The notes under the pieces were generated by a model. That model made no database searches, was not told where the DNA came from, and worked only from the letters and a program-made list of their open reading frames with translations. A stretch of DNA of 64,000 nt from NCBI GenBank assembly GCA_050575255.1, contig JBNZDD010013326.1, forward strand, positions 1-64,000. The letters run 5' to 3'. The translations under genes and the position numbers were made by a program. Shown here piece by piece: positions 63,091 to 64,000 of this stretch; positions within the stretch are counted from its first letter, which is position 1; every line of letters begins with the position of its first letter. This DNA comes from Harriotta raleighana (taxonomy: Eukaryota).

Positions 63091-63699
63091 CAGTAAAACC
63101 TTGTTTATCCGTAACTCGATGAACCAGAAAACCCGTTGAACCTCGAAAAAAAAGTCCCGATTCAATAAATCGGAAGTTATCCAGCAAAATAGTGATGAAG
63201 TATTTAATGAATCGATTTTGGTATGTGAGTACTGGTGCAGATACTCGGCTGGCCACTAGTCAGGTCTAAATTCGCTCCTGCTCCATTGAAATGTCTGCCG
63301 TTTTTCTAAGAAAGTCGCTATTTTGCCATTTGATTTCTCCTCAATGCTGCGAAGTTAAGTATAGATAATAAAGTACTAATACAATATTATTTTATTATAG
63401 TATCTGTTATTAGTGCATTTAGTCTATTATTTATATAGTATCAACATTTACAATAAAATAGCCATACAATATTCTGTTATTATAGTATTTGTCATTACTG
63501 TATTTACTCTATTATTTATATGGTACGGTGTACAACATTTACAATAAATACCCATATGATATTGTTATTATCTGTTATTATTTAGTCTGTTATTAATTCT
63601 GTATGTGTTAAAATATATTTTAAAAATAAAATAGGGTAAAGCCCTGTTTATCAGCCACTGGCCATGTCCCGTGGGTGCCGGATAAACAGGGCTTTACTG
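63091..63699. mobile_element. Longer MITE with the same TIR type
   Basis: TA|CAGTAAAACCTTGTTTATCC ... GGATAAACAGGGCTTTACTG. Confidence 0.75.
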
Positions 63700-63789
63700 A
63701 ATATATATAAATAATATACAATATTAATAAATCAAGACAGCATGGTCAATGAATAATACTGATTATATTGAAAAGGTTCCTCCACATTA

Positions 63790-64000
63790 TAGACTACAAA
63801 AGTCAGGAAGTTATGATTAACCTGTATAAAATGCTGGTTCGGCCTCAGCTAGAGTACTGTGTTTAGTTCTGGGCACCACACTTCAGGAAGGATGTTAAGG
63901 CATTGGAAAGGGTGCAGAAGAGATTTACCAGGATGGTACGAGGAATGAGGGACTTTAGTTTTGAGGAAAGGTAAAGAGGCTAGGATTATTCTCATTGAAG
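63790..64000 (+). mobile_element. CR1 fragment running off the window
   Basis: LYKMLVRPQLEYCV...ERVQKRFTRM. Confidence 0.8.

Overview
Eukaryotic DNA rich in CR1 and L2 LINEs with SINE remnants; the repeat content suggests a cartilaginous fish (inference, species not determinable). The whole window lies inside one minus-strand gene, a MUC6-like gel-forming mucin. Five conventional exons (61748 to 54475) encode the end of the third VWD domain, the C8 domain and the MUC6-type WHYQPCLCP...EGCYNC...C tail. Mammalian MUC6 then has its PTS tandem repeats in one very large exon. Here I instead read about 40 intact microexons of 24 or 27 nt (one of 15 nt) over ~52 kb, all phase 1-1 with AG/GT sites and open frames. 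They form three recurring families: A xPPTPKTT, B GRPWxxxP/HT and C AxxPEQxPx. They sit in about three copies of a 15-20 kb higher-order repeat with copy-specific deletions, dead exon copies and transposon insertions. None of this appears in the ORF track, whose ORFs are mostly LINE debris. Two single-N joins are probably haplotype-overlap artefacts, and one 695-N gap probably hides further exons. Coordinates were read by eye and no alignment was run.
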